The notes under the pieces: generated by a model
The model's database searches: none
What the model was told of the DNA's origin: nothing
What the model saw: only the letters and a program-made list of their open reading frames with translations
Part shown: piece after piece, positions 32,101-40,300 of the stretch
How positions within the stretch are numbered: position 1 is the first letter of the stretch
How the letters are laid out: each line of letters begins with the position of its first letter
Translations under genes and position numbers: made by a program
Assembly (NCBI GenBank): GCA_964452905.1
Contig: CAYVNP010000002.1
Span: 53,357 to 117,356, forward strand
Reading direction: 5' to 3'
DNA: 64,000 nucleotides
Source: an uncultured Bacteroidales bacterium
Lineage (GTDB): Bacteria; Bacteroidota; Bacteroidia; Bacteroidales; CAYVNP01

Positions 32101-35100
32101 CATCAACTGCATTTTGCAGCGAGTAATGGAACACCATGGACAACAGGGAAAGCACTCACAATTATAGGATGGACTGGTAATTGGAATGGGACATCAGGTA
32201 CTGCAGGTGAACTCTATTTTGGTAACTCAACCAGTGGTTTAACTGCTTCACAATTGACTCAAATTAGGTTTTATAATGGAAGTGCTTATTTCCCTGCAAT
32301 TATTTTATCAACAGGGGAAGTAGTTCCTACCGGAAACTATATTACGACAAGGACTATCTCCGGCTCACCTTTCTGTGCCGGGACATCAGGGATAAATGTA
32401 CCTTTCACTTATGCATTGGCAAGTAATTATCCTGTTGGAACTACTACTTTTACTGCTCAACTTTCAAGTTCAACAGGATCATTTACATCTCCAACCAATT
32501 TACAAAGTATAACGTCTGATATTAGTGGAAGCCAAAGTATCAGTGTCACCATACCAATCGGAACGGCTACCGGTACCGGTTATAGAATCAGAATTGTTAG
32601 TAATAATCCGGCTATCAACGGAACAGATAATGGAACGAACCTGACAATCAATGCAGCTCCAACTGTTACTGCAGGTGGTGGTGGTGCAATCTGTAGAGGA
32701 TCTTCTACAAACATAAGTGCAAGTGGTGCTAGTACCTATACATGGAGCAATGGATTAGGTAGTGGAACACCTAAAACTGTGAATCCAACTATTTCTACTA
32801 CCTATACTGTAACAGGTACAAATGCCAGTAGTTGTACAAATACGGCTTCGGTTATTGTTACAGTTAACGCCCCCAATGTTACTGCAGGTGGAGCCACGAT
32901 TTGTAATGGCTCATCTGCTAATCTCACTGCAGGTGGTGCCTCCACATATACATGGAGTAATGGATTAGGAAATGGCACACCTAAAACTGTAAATCCAACT
33001 ATTTCTACAACTTATACTGTAACCGGTACAGATGCCAGTAGTTGTACAAACACAGCTACAGCTGTCGTTACAGTTAATTCTTTACCAACAGTCACAGCCG
33101 GAGGAGGTACAATCTGTAATGGTTCTTCAACTAATATTACAGCAGGCGGAGCAAGCACCTATGCATGGAGCAATGGATTGGGAAGTGGTACACCAAAAAC
33201 AGTAAACCCAACTGTTTCTACTACTTATACAGTCACAGGTACAGATGGAAATAATTGTTCAAATACAGCAAATGCAGTGGTTACGGTCAACGCTTTACCC
33301 GCTGTCACAGCAGGAGGTGGAACAATCTGTAATGGTGCTTCACAAAACATCACTGCAGGCGGAGCAAGCACCTATACTTGGAGTAACGGGCTGGGAAGCG
33401 GTACACCTAAAACTGTTAATCCTACTGTTTCAACAACATATACTGTCACTGGTACAGATGGAAATAATTGTTCGAATACTGCTAACGCAGTGGTTATTGT
33501 CAATGCATTACCTACTGTTACTGCTGGTGGTGGAACTATCTGCAATGGTGCTTCACAAACTCTTACTGCTGGCGGTGCCAACACTTATGCATGGAGTAAC
33601 GGGCTGGGAAGCGGTACACCTAAAACTGTTAATCCTACTGTTTCTTCAACATATACAGTTACAGGTACAGATGGAAATAATTGTTCCAACACTGCAAATG
33701 CAGTGGTTACGGTCAATGATGTACCTACTGCCAATGCAGGAAATAAACAAATAACATGCTCTGGTGTCAATGTCACTTTAAATGCTTCAGGAGGAGGTTC
33801 TTATTCTTGGAGTTCAGGGAGTACATCTTCATCGACAACAGTTTCCCCTGCAGTTACAACAACTTACACCGTTACAGTTAGTAATGGTTATAGTTGTACA
33901 GCATCAAGTAGTGTACTCGTAGTTGTGGCTTCAACAGTTTATAGTAATAATTCCGGAAGTTGGGCAGACAATAACAGTTGGGATCAAACGATTGTTCCTG
34001 CACCTTGCAATGATGTCATCATTAGCAATGGACATGTTATAGATATCACCAGTTTGGCCGGTAGTTGTAATAACCTGACTGTACTTGGAACATTGAACAT
34101 TGATGGAGCATCATCACTAACCAGTACCGGAAAAATCACCAATGGTAGTACTGGTATAATTAATATAACAGGAAGTATCAGCGGTTCTTCTTACAATTTT
34201 TCGACATCCGGAAACACAATTGTATATAATAATACTACCGATGACCAAGCTGTAATACCTGTAAAATATTATAATCTGACTATTGATAAGCCGGGCTATA
34301 CTGCAACCATGTCAAGCAATGATACAGTGAATGGAAATCTAACAATTAACGGGAGCTTACAAAGTACTACGCAAAATTTATTTATCGGAGGAGATTTTAC
34401 GAATAATGGAACTTTTAACCATAATAACGGAAAAGTCATATTTAATGGTGCTTCTGTTTATAATGGCTCATCCATTACTACATTTAACAATGTTGATATT
34501 GCACCAGGAAAATTGTTTACCATTCAAGGGGGAGGTAAAACAATGCGTGTATTAAACAAATTAATATTAATGGCATCAGGTCCTTCAAATATGGCCCAGT
34601 TAGCGATTGAAGATAATGATTCACAATTAACCGGTGCAGGTGGAAATGACTCTGTATTCGTTCAAATCTATGACACTTTAGATAACTGGCACTATGTATC
34701 TGCACCAATAGACTCAGGTTACATGGGTGCAATGGTTTACAAATATTTTTATGGGAAATTATATAATGAAACCAAAAACATATACGAATGGTACAATGGA
34801 AAATTCCCATTGGTTGCGGGTAGAGGATTTACCATTAAATGGAATTCTTCTTATATAAATCCAAATACAGGGTTACCTGTACGTCCATCAGATCGTTTAG
34901 TAACTATTCCTGCAAAAATTTCAAAACTGCACACAGGTACAATTGCTTATCCAATAACTTATACAAGCGGATTTGGTGACGGATGGAATTTAGTTGGCAA
35001 TCCATATCCTTGTTCAATTGACTGGGAAGCAACCGAAGGATGGGACAATACTAATATTGAACCAACCATATATGTTTATGATGCTCAACACTATCGTTAT

Positions 35101-35970
35101 GCAACCTATAATTCAAACACCCATGTTGGTACTAACGGTGGTACACGCTACATCCCATCGCAGCAAGGATTATACATTCATTGTACAGACGATGCTGTCT
35201 GGAGCATGGATAACCGTGTACGTATTGCCTATAATCAACCTTTCTGGAAAGGTGCAAACACTAATCAAACCAATCAACTGACTGAAAACATGTTTAATAT
35301 TATGATCTCAGGAAATGGTTATACAGATGAATCAATGATTGGATTTAAAACAGATGCAGGTAAGGGGTTTGACAAGAATTTTGACGCATATAAATTATTA
35401 AGTCCTGAAGAAATTATTCCTCAGATCAACACCACTACATTGGATGGGAATAATGTGAAAGTAGCTGTCAACTTCCTGCCACAGGAATTAATCAACAAAT
35501 CAACGGTTCCTTTACAATTCAACGTTGGACAGGCAGGTACTTTTACCATTACAGCCAATAACGGAATGTTTGACCCAACTGTTAATGTCACGCTTGAAGA
35601 TATTAGAACTGGTAAAATGACTGATTTGCGTACATCAACTTATACCTTCTCTTCTGAAGCTGTGTCAAATGATAACAGGTTCCTGATTCATTTCGGTGAT
35701 GCTCCAACATCAATAAAAGAAAGCAACTTGAATGAAATGATAAAAATATATTCAAATCAGAATTATATTTTCATTCAAAACTCATTAACCAATAATGAAA
35801 AAGGCACAATTACAATCTTTGATATGGTTGGAAAAGAAATCAATTCACGAGAGCTAACACCTAATTCATTAATATCAATTGAAATGAATGATGAAGCCGG
35901 ATCAATTTATTTGGTTAGGATAGTTCAGGGGAATAAAACATTTACTAAAAAACTTTGTATAACAAAGTAA
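26143..35970 (+). CDS. Giant (3275 aa) T9SS-sorted surface protein/adhesin with Ig-like repeat arrays, DUF2341/LamG-like and autotransporter-type beta-strand repeats
   Basis: Signal peptide, then two arrays of ~71-aa Cys-containing Ig-like repeats. A DUF2341-like block (HYRKSHVINPA...DIRFTTSDGTTLLSHW...VFWVKIP) sits at ~29260-30210. G/T/N-rich passenger-type repeats (TYSGLTTINAG..KLG..GGTNTPLGTTG...LDLNGFTLGTAEAL.LNGTGISN.GALTNSS, twice) span ~30600-32000. The C-terminal ~77 aa (35737-35967) resemble a T9SS sorting domain. Confidence 0.85.
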   Translation: MKNKFLNYKTIVFIALLLNIHSFLYATNYYSGGNNAPNLTASWWTNTNGTGSHPANFTTNGNVFIIQNGHTMTTTANWTVSGTNSTIQINASGILVASNAVTATVMTVNGTYRHNQNGGRIPDATWATASTCEVTGITDNSGAFNRAGLTQAFGNFTWNCTNQTAVVSFAARLSSYWGGSVTGNFTVTSTGTGSIKLVDGNINGNRTLTVSGNYSQGGGTVYVMGSSTRGGVHSMIVNVNGDFSLTGGLLNLSDNDCPGVINAAKNFTCTGSTITETGTNSGAINFNGAGTMQTFTSGATISNTVNFTVNSSAYLQMASAGTTLSGGGSFTLSSGSTLGITSTSGITTSGATGNIQVTGTRTYNAGGKYTYNGTSAQVTGNGLTNANTLTINNSAGVTLSNNVTTSGTLTLTSGTLTTSNSSLLSITNTLTSAISGGSTTSFINGPVKWTLPASLVSGSTYNFPVGKSTTYLPFSLVNPTTGAGTVTAQVEAFASNSGGSANGTTLYSISNTEYWALSSTGNFTNSSVSLTRQSAISPLDAVGGSTTANGAYASLVGTAGTYGVTNSNSIGSYRYFVLAGKLKIMTGTITGSPLCAGSSVNVPYTITGTYISGNTFTAQLSNASGSFASPVNIGSVTSTTAVTITATIPLITSSGTGYRIRVISSNPSITGTDNGTNFTINAAPTVTAGGGTICRGSSTNVTAGGASTYTWSNGLGNGTPKSVSPTTTTTYTVTGTDANSCTNTATAIVTVNALPTVTAGGGTICIGASTNITAGGASTYTWSNGLGNGTPKSVSPTLTTTYTVTGTDINNCTNTATAVVNVNALPTVTAGGGTICRGSSTNITAGGASTYTWSNGLGNGTPKTVNPTITTTYTVTGTDVNSCTNTATAVVTVNAPNVTAGGGTICRGSSINLTAGGASTYTWSNGLGNGTPKSVSPTITTTYTVTGTDATSCTNTANAIVIVNAIPTVTATGGTIYIGNSINISAGGASTYTWSNGLGNGTPKTVNPTTSTTYTVTGTDANSCTNSANAVVIVTTLHLDCWHYRKSHVINPATDAGTNYQVQVTVHYGSGTDGSGDVYCNSQSNADFSDIRFTTSDGTTLLSHWKQSYTSSSIAVFWVKIPSDLSSSSQTIYIYYGNAAATDISSGTNTFINYDDGSSTSGWTTVGTVGSSATVGNPVNSLYAQTKTGSGTGGDGQYYMYKNISGFGPNTFTFFNVRTETGNLGNFYFQCNSSGAGQMYRLDSRGSTNYTGFATTTAWNTWAPPAGTQTSSANTWYQFGIAINSTGTSTKLYYNSGTSTNPVLGTLLGTYTSVNNGSYVALGGDAVGGTMNTYWDNIITRKYVNPEPSHSTWGSEEYLGVYTWNGTTSDWQVATNWTPSRTDPASCDILQFNGGVGGTITNVPTQTIAELNISGNTTVNLQSASSSNNLTITEALTTTANDVLNFGSGVILAGTLTTLTNSGTIQTAVPTASSATPLSSGKIWGGTVEFNNSSANQTIVAGTYNNLTISGNSIKTLATSTTINAALSVKAGATLNLSTFNLGTPTSVVLETGTTGATISGTGTLTLGGNVTVNATTGNSGVTISTPIALNGTTRTFTVADEGTSANDLTISGIISGTVGITKAGAGTLLLSNSNTYSGLTTINAGIIKLGTAGGGTNTPLGTTGAGTTVTAGALDLNGFTLGTAEALTLNGTGISNGGALTNSSATNVNYSGLISLGSASRIITNAGDINLTNTGNITGNTFGLTFGGSGNGSIASNINTTTGTITKIGTGTWTISGNSNYTGLTTISEGTLKLGAAGGGTNTPLGTTGSGTSVTSGAALDLNGFTLGTAEALSLNGTGISNRGALTNSSVTAATYSGVITFATDASIVGDAGTIAITGTPVSGTTDITLGGTAGGSISTVVAGARTMIKEGSGTWTLSGNNTFSGGLIINEGTIQLGNNNRLAGTLPFTMNGGTFKTGATTGYDETTGTLTLTDNSTIAFGTGKHQLHFAASNGTPWTTGKALTIIGWTGNWNGTSGTAGELYFGNSTSGLTASQLTQIRFYNGSAYFPAIILSTGEVVPTGNYITTRTISGSPFCAGTSGINVPFTYALASNYPVGTTTFTAQLSSSTGSFTSPTNLQSITSDISGSQSISVTIPIGTATGTGYRIRIVSNNPAINGTDNGTNLTINAAPTVTAGGGGAICRGSSTNISASGASTYTWSNGLGSGTPKTVNPTISTTYTVTGTNASSCTNTASVIVTVNAPNVTAGGATICNGSSANLTAGGASTYTWSNGLGNGTPKTVNPTISTTYTVTGTDASSCTNTATAVVTVNSLPTVTAGGGTICNGSSTNITAGGASTYAWSNGLGSGTPKTVNPTVSTTYTVTGTDGNNCSNTANAVVTVNALPAVTAGGGTICNGASQNITAGGASTYTWSNGLGSGTPKTVNPTVSTTYTVTGTDGNNCSNTANAVVIVNALPTVTAGGGTICNGASQTLTAGGANTYAWSNGLGSGTPKTVNPTVSSTYTVTGTDGNNCSNTANAVVTVNDVPTANAGNKQITCSGVNVTLNASGGGSYSWSSGSTSSSTTVSPAVTTTYTVTVSNGYSCTASSSVLVVVASTVYSNNSGSWADNNSWDQTIVPAPCNDVIISNGHVIDITSLAGSCNNLTVLGTLNIDGASSLTSTGKITNGSTGIINITGSISGSSYNFSTSGNTIVYNNTTDDQAVIPVKYYNLTIDKPGYTATMSSNDTVNGNLTINGSLQSTTQNLFIGGDFTNNGTFNHNNGKVIFNGASVYNGSSITTFNNVDIAPGKLFTIQGGGKTMRVLNKLILMASGPSNMAQLAIEDNDSQLTGAGGNDSVFVQIYDTLDNWHYVSAPIDSGYMGAMVYKYFYGKLYNETKNIYEWYNGKFPLVAGRGFTIKWNSSYINPNTGLPVRPSDRLVTIPAKISKLHTGTIAYPITYTSGFGDGWNLVGNPYPCSIDWEATEGWDNTNIEPTIYVYDAQHYRYATYNSNTHVGTNGGTRYIPSQQGLYIHCTDDAVWSMDNRVRIAYNQPFWKGANTNQTNQLTENMFNIMISGNGYTDESMIGFKTDAGKGFDKNFDAYKLLSPEEIIPQINTTTLDGNNVKVAVNFLPQELINKSTVPLQFNVGQAGTFTITANNGMFDPTVNVTLEDIRTGKMTDLRTSTYTFSSEAVSNDNRFLIHFGDAPTSIKESNLNEMIKIYSNQNYIFIQNSLTNNEKGTITIFDMVGKEINSRELTPNSLISIEMNDEAGSIYLVRIVQGNKTFTKKLCITK
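28192..29253 (+). repeat. Tandem coding repeat array 1: five units of 70-71 codons (210-213 nt period)
   Basis: The unit PTVTAGGGTICRGSSTN.TAGGASTYTWSNGLGNGTPK.V.PT..TTYTVTGTD.NSCTNTA.A.V.VNAL occurs 5 times. The fifth copy has Y in place of the first Cys (TIYIG). Confidence 0.9.
32659..33927 (+). repeat. Tandem coding repeat array 2: five close units plus one divergent unit of the same ~71-codon repeat
   Basis: Same unit as array 1. An identical 53-nt run occurs at 33379-33431 and 33592-33644, offset by 213 nt. The last unit (PTANAGNKQITCSG...) is divergent. Confidence 0.9.
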
Positions 35971-35985
35971 CTTGATTTTTAAATT

Positions 35986-36025
35986 TTAAAAAAAGCCCTT
36001 CGGTTAATAAGCGAAGGGCTTTTCT
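35986..36025. terminator. Bidirectional hairpin terminator between the giant gene and the hdr/metFV operon
   Basis: 11-bp stem AAAGCCCTTCG (35992-36002) / CGAAGGGCTTT (36012-36022). An A-run lies on the left and a T-run on the right, so it can serve both convergent transcription units. Confidence 0.75.
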
Positions 36026-36211
36026 GATACTAGACACTTAAGGAAATAGAGTCAAAAATAATATAACGATAAAAAATAATTGCTAAAATCTCAATAGCAC
36101 TTTAAAACCATAGAATTAATAAAAAAATATAAATCAATTCTATTTTATTAATAATACCGATTAGGTTGTCAATCCAATAAACTCAAAACGCTGAATCAAT
36201 TTGATCAACAA

Positions 36212-36880
36212 TTAAATCCTGTGATCTTCACGGATTATAGTCCTACATCCACCATCAATACTGGTTTCCCAGTTTTTCAAGGAATGTATTTCTTTCAACC
36301 GGTCAAGCTGTCCGATATTTTTTAAACGTGTATAAATCAACTGCCAGGCACAAGGTTGTTTTGCATCAATCTCACAACGATCTTCACGTGAGCCGCCACA
36401 AGGACCGTTCAGCATATGTTTTGCACAACGTGTCACAGGGCATATCCCTCCAAAGTCAGCAAGTACACAAGCTCCGCATTGCGCACACTTTTCTGTCCAC
36501 ACACCGCGTTCTTCGAGAATACCGAGGAAAGCGGTATCCAGACCTGCATATACCGGTTTATCTGGATATCGTTCAGCAATGGCTTGCACACCGGCGCCAC
36601 AGCCAAGAGAGAGTACTGCATCATGATTCTTGATGGCTTCAGCTGCGCCTTCAATGAAAACATTATCACATTGTCTTTCAATTGTGAACTCATTCACGTT
36701 TATAGGATTTCCTGCTTTTTTAGAAGCGATTCTCAAAGCGGAAGAAATAATGGATACTTCGCGCTCACCACCGGCAAGGCATACAGTAACACAAGTACCG
36801 CAACCAAGAACAAGTATTCTTTTATGCGTTTTAATGATATCGTATAATTCAGGTATTTTTTTTCTTTCAGCAACTATCAT
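36212..36880 (-). CDS. metV: MetV-like protein (methylene-THF reductase C-terminal-domain/zinc-ribbon family)
   Basis: Cys-rich blocks LGCGTCVTVC and CAQCGACVLADFGGICPVTRCAKHMLNGPCGGS are typical of the small MetV partner of acetogen-type MetF. Its start overlaps the upstream stop as ATGA (36877-36880). Confidence 0.8.
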   Translation of the reverse strand: MIVAERKKIPELYDIIKTHKRILVLGCGTCVTVCLAGGEREVSIISSALRIASKKAGNPINVNEFTIERQCDNVFIEGAAEAIKNHDAVLSLGCGAGVQAIAERYPDKPVYAGLDTAFLGILEERGVWTEKCAQCGACVLADFGGICPVTRCAKHMLNGPCGGSREDRCEIDAKQPCAWQLIYTRLKNIGQLDRLKEIHSLKNWETSIDGGCRTIIREDHRI

Positions 36881-37326
36881 TTGATGGTCTCCTCTTTTAT
36901 TTTAATATTATTTTTTTTTATTGGATTAGTTCCTATTTTTTTAATGGTATCAACCATTTCACGAATTACATTCACTAAATTATTTGCCATGGCCGCTGAA
37001 TTGTTGATCATGCGGAGACGATCTTTTTCCAAACCCATTTCTTCGAGCAGGTCACGGGTTGCATTCACACGTTTTTTTGCAAAAAGATTTCCGTCAATAA
37101 AATGACAGCCCCCTTCAAGACAGCCGGCAACAAGAACTCCATCAGCTCCGTTTTCAAACGCGCGTAAATAATAATCAACTTCCAACCGTCCTGTACAGGG
37201 TGTACGGATAATGCGAACATTCGGAGGATATTGCAATCGCATGGAACCGGACAGATCCGCTGCTGCATACGCACAGTAATGACAACAGAAGGCAACGATC
37301 TTCGGTTCGAAATTTTTATCAGTCAT
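36877..37326 (-). CDS. mvhD: MvhD/FlpD-like hydrogenase iron-sulfur (delta) subunit
   Basis: PKIVAFCCHYCAYAAAD, RTPCTGRLE and GVLVAGCLEGGCHFIDGN form the typical MvhD Cys pattern. Confidence 0.85.
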   Translation of the reverse strand: MTDKNFEPKIVAFCCHYCAYAAADLSGSMRLQYPPNVRIIRTPCTGRLEVDYYLRAFENGADGVLVAGCLEGGCHFIDGNLFAKKRVNATRDLLEEMGLEKDRLRMINNSAAMANNLVNVIREMVDTIKKIGTNPIKKNNIKIKEETIK

Positions 37327-37329
37327 AGT

Positions 37330-40300
37330 TTAAATAGTTACTGTTTCTTCTATATTAAAAAGTTTATCAATCATGATCTTAAAATGATCGGAACGGAAAT
37401 GACTAACCTGTATAGCTCTGGCAGGACACTCAGAAGCGCATATACCACAACCCATACATTTAGCGCTTGCCACTTCGGCTTTGTGATCGTAGTTACAAAA
37501 TGGTGCACCATATGGACATGCTTTAACACAAGTCATACATGAAATACATTTATCCTGATTCACTGTAGATACCTGCACTCCTACTTCCAGATGTGTTTTG
37601 GAAAGTATGGTTGCTGCACGTGCCGCTGCTGCTCTACCTTGCGAAATATTTTCATCAATCATTTTCGGTGAATGAGCCAACCCGCATAAAAACAATCCTT
37701 CGGTAGCAAAGTCAACAGGTCGCAATTTCATATGTGCTTCAACATAATACCCATTAGCATTCAAAGGCACTTTCAACATATTCGAAATTTTCGCATTATC
37801 TTCATTCGCATCAATACCGGTGCTAAGAACAAGATGATCTGTTTCAATGATGATCGGTTCAGGAAAATCAGGACTATTCACTGTCACAGAACTTAACACG
37901 CCATCCATATCTGATACCACAGGTGGTTGATCTTTTTCATACCTGATAAAAACAACCCCTGCCTCACGTGCTTGTTTATAATATAATTCACGGAAACCGT
38001 ATGTCCTGATATCTCTGTTAAGAATATAAACAGTTGCATCCGGATTCAACGCTTTAATTTTTAACGCATTATTTACGGCCATCGAACAACAAATCCTGCT
38101 GCAATAGGGCTTTTCATCATTCCTTGATCCAACGCATTGAATCATGACATAGGATTGATCTTTTTTTGCAGGTTTATTTTCTGACAATTTTCTTTCCAGT
38201 TCAACCTGTGTCATTATATTTTTAACCGTACCATATGAAAAATCTTTTGCCACTGCCGGCTTACCACCTGTAGCAATGATGATAGCTCCACAACTGAATT
38301 CCTTCTTTTTATTTTCCTTTAATGTTTTTAAAGTAAAATGACCGATATGCCCGGAAACACCTTCCAAAGTCGTATTCAGGTGTACATCAATATTCCTGTG
38401 AGTTTTTACTTTTTCAATTAATTCAGTTTTAAATACAGACAGATCTGATGTTTCAAGAGTGCTGTCAATAAGATCAAGATTTCCGCCAAGTTTATCTGAT
38501 TTTTCAATCAGTTCAACATCAAACCCTTGTTCTGCGAGTGAAAGTGCAGCAGTCATCCCGCTAACACCACCACCAATCACAATCCCATTTTGTAAAATAG
38601 GGATCCGTTCTCCTTCAAGAGGTGATAAATTCCGTGCACGGGCAATAGACATCTTAACCAATTCGGTCGCTTTCTCCGTTGCCTTTTCAGGTTCAGAAGA
38701 ATGCACCCATGAACACTGGTCCCTGATATTAGCAAGATCAAACAAATAGGGATTCAATCCTGCTTCACGCAATGTATCACGGAAAATAGGTTCGTGGGTT
38801 CGCGGTGTACAGGATGCAACCACTACGCGATTCAGACGATGTTGTATGATCTGATCTTTAATATTTGACAAACTCGCATCCGCACAGGTGTACATGGTAT
38901 GGGATGCCAGAACAACACCTTTTTCATTTCGGATACTTTCAGTAACCTTTTCCACATCAACAGTTCCGGCAATATTAATCCCACAATGACAAACAAATAC
39001 ACCTACCCGTGCTTCTTCATCACTCACATCATGTTCATTCGGATATTCTTTGGAAGTGATCATTGTATTTTTAACGGAAGCTAAAAGCTCCATAGACATT
39101 GAGGCAGCTGCACTTGCCTGCATCACTGTTTCAGGAATATCCTTTGGTTCCTGAAAAGCGCCACCAACATAAATACCTTCACGGGAAGTTGCGAGTGGAT
39201 TCAATCTATTGGTATCAGCAAAACCAAAACGATTTGTTTGTATGCCTAATTTTTTAATGCTATCCGTAACGGAAATTTTAGGATCCAATCCAACAGCCAA
39301 TACAACCAAATCAAATTCCTGTTCCATATAACGACCGCCCGGTTTAATAAATCCCACTTTCAAATCATTGGATGAAGGCATTTGAATGATACGCGACGGA
39401 ATGCTTTTAATAAATTCAATATTATCCATGGCTCTCGCCCGTTCGTAATATTGATCAAAATCTTTACCATGTGCACGAATATCCATATTAAATATTGTCC
39501 CCTGCATTCCATGTAAATGTTCGGATGCGATCATTGCCTGTTTGGTAGTAGCCATACAGCAGATCGAAGAGCAATAATCATTGCCGCATTTTGAATCACG
39601 TGAACCAACACATTGTATCCATGCTATGCGTTTAGCTTCTTTTCCATCATCTCTCCTCACCACATGCCCACTGTAAGGACCGGCAGCAGATAGCATACGT
39701 TCAAACTGAACACTGGTCATTACATTCTTATATCTGTTAAATCCATATTCCCCTTTTTCTTCTGCATCAAATTCATCAAAACCGGGTGTAAGAATAACAG
39801 ACCCAACTTCCAATTCAACAAATTGTTCTTTCATGGAATGATCAATTGCTTTCTTTTCGCATGCAGTAACACATTCCATACACTCCGAACATTGAGCACA
39901 GTTCATACAACGTTCGGCTTCAGCAATGGCATCTTCTAATGAAAAAGGAAATTCTATTTCATTAAAATTATTGACACGTTCGTTTGCAGTCAATTCGTTG
40001 GCTTTAGCTCTTTTTTTCTTCTCAACATTTTTTACTGAAGGAAGTAATTCTTCCGGAACTGGATTGATGCTTGATTCAAATCGGTCTGCAAGCATATCTT
40101 CCCCTTTCAGGTATTTCTCAATGGATTCGGCTGCTCGTTTCCCTGCTGCAACCGCTTCAATTACGCTGGATGGACCGGAGGCATTATCACCACCAGCAAA
40201 TATATTTTTATCTGATGTTTGCAACGTTATTTTATCCGCTTTAAAACAACCTCTTTCAATATCAATTCCTAAATGTTTTGTCAGTTCAACATCCACCATC

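Noticed and set aside
35971-36211. I looked for mobile-element boundaries (integrase, transposase, tRNA, direct repeats) flanking the hdr/glt operon.
   Set aside because: None is visible on either side. Only a terminator hairpin and AT-rich spacers are present. Any horizontal-transfer idea therefore rests on composition and phylogeny rather than on a recognisable mobile element.
36328-36884. A cluster of + strand ORFs (36328..36633, 36416..36847, 36630..36884), plus a frame-shifted - strand ORF (36433..36693), overlaps metV.
   Set aside because: All are nested in or antisense to a gene with clear MetV Cys motifs. Their translations are low-complexity and lack motifs. The same reasoning applies to other nested track ORFs such as 765..995, 1914..2390, 12068..12499, 38459..38749, 39926..40303 and 44709..44915.
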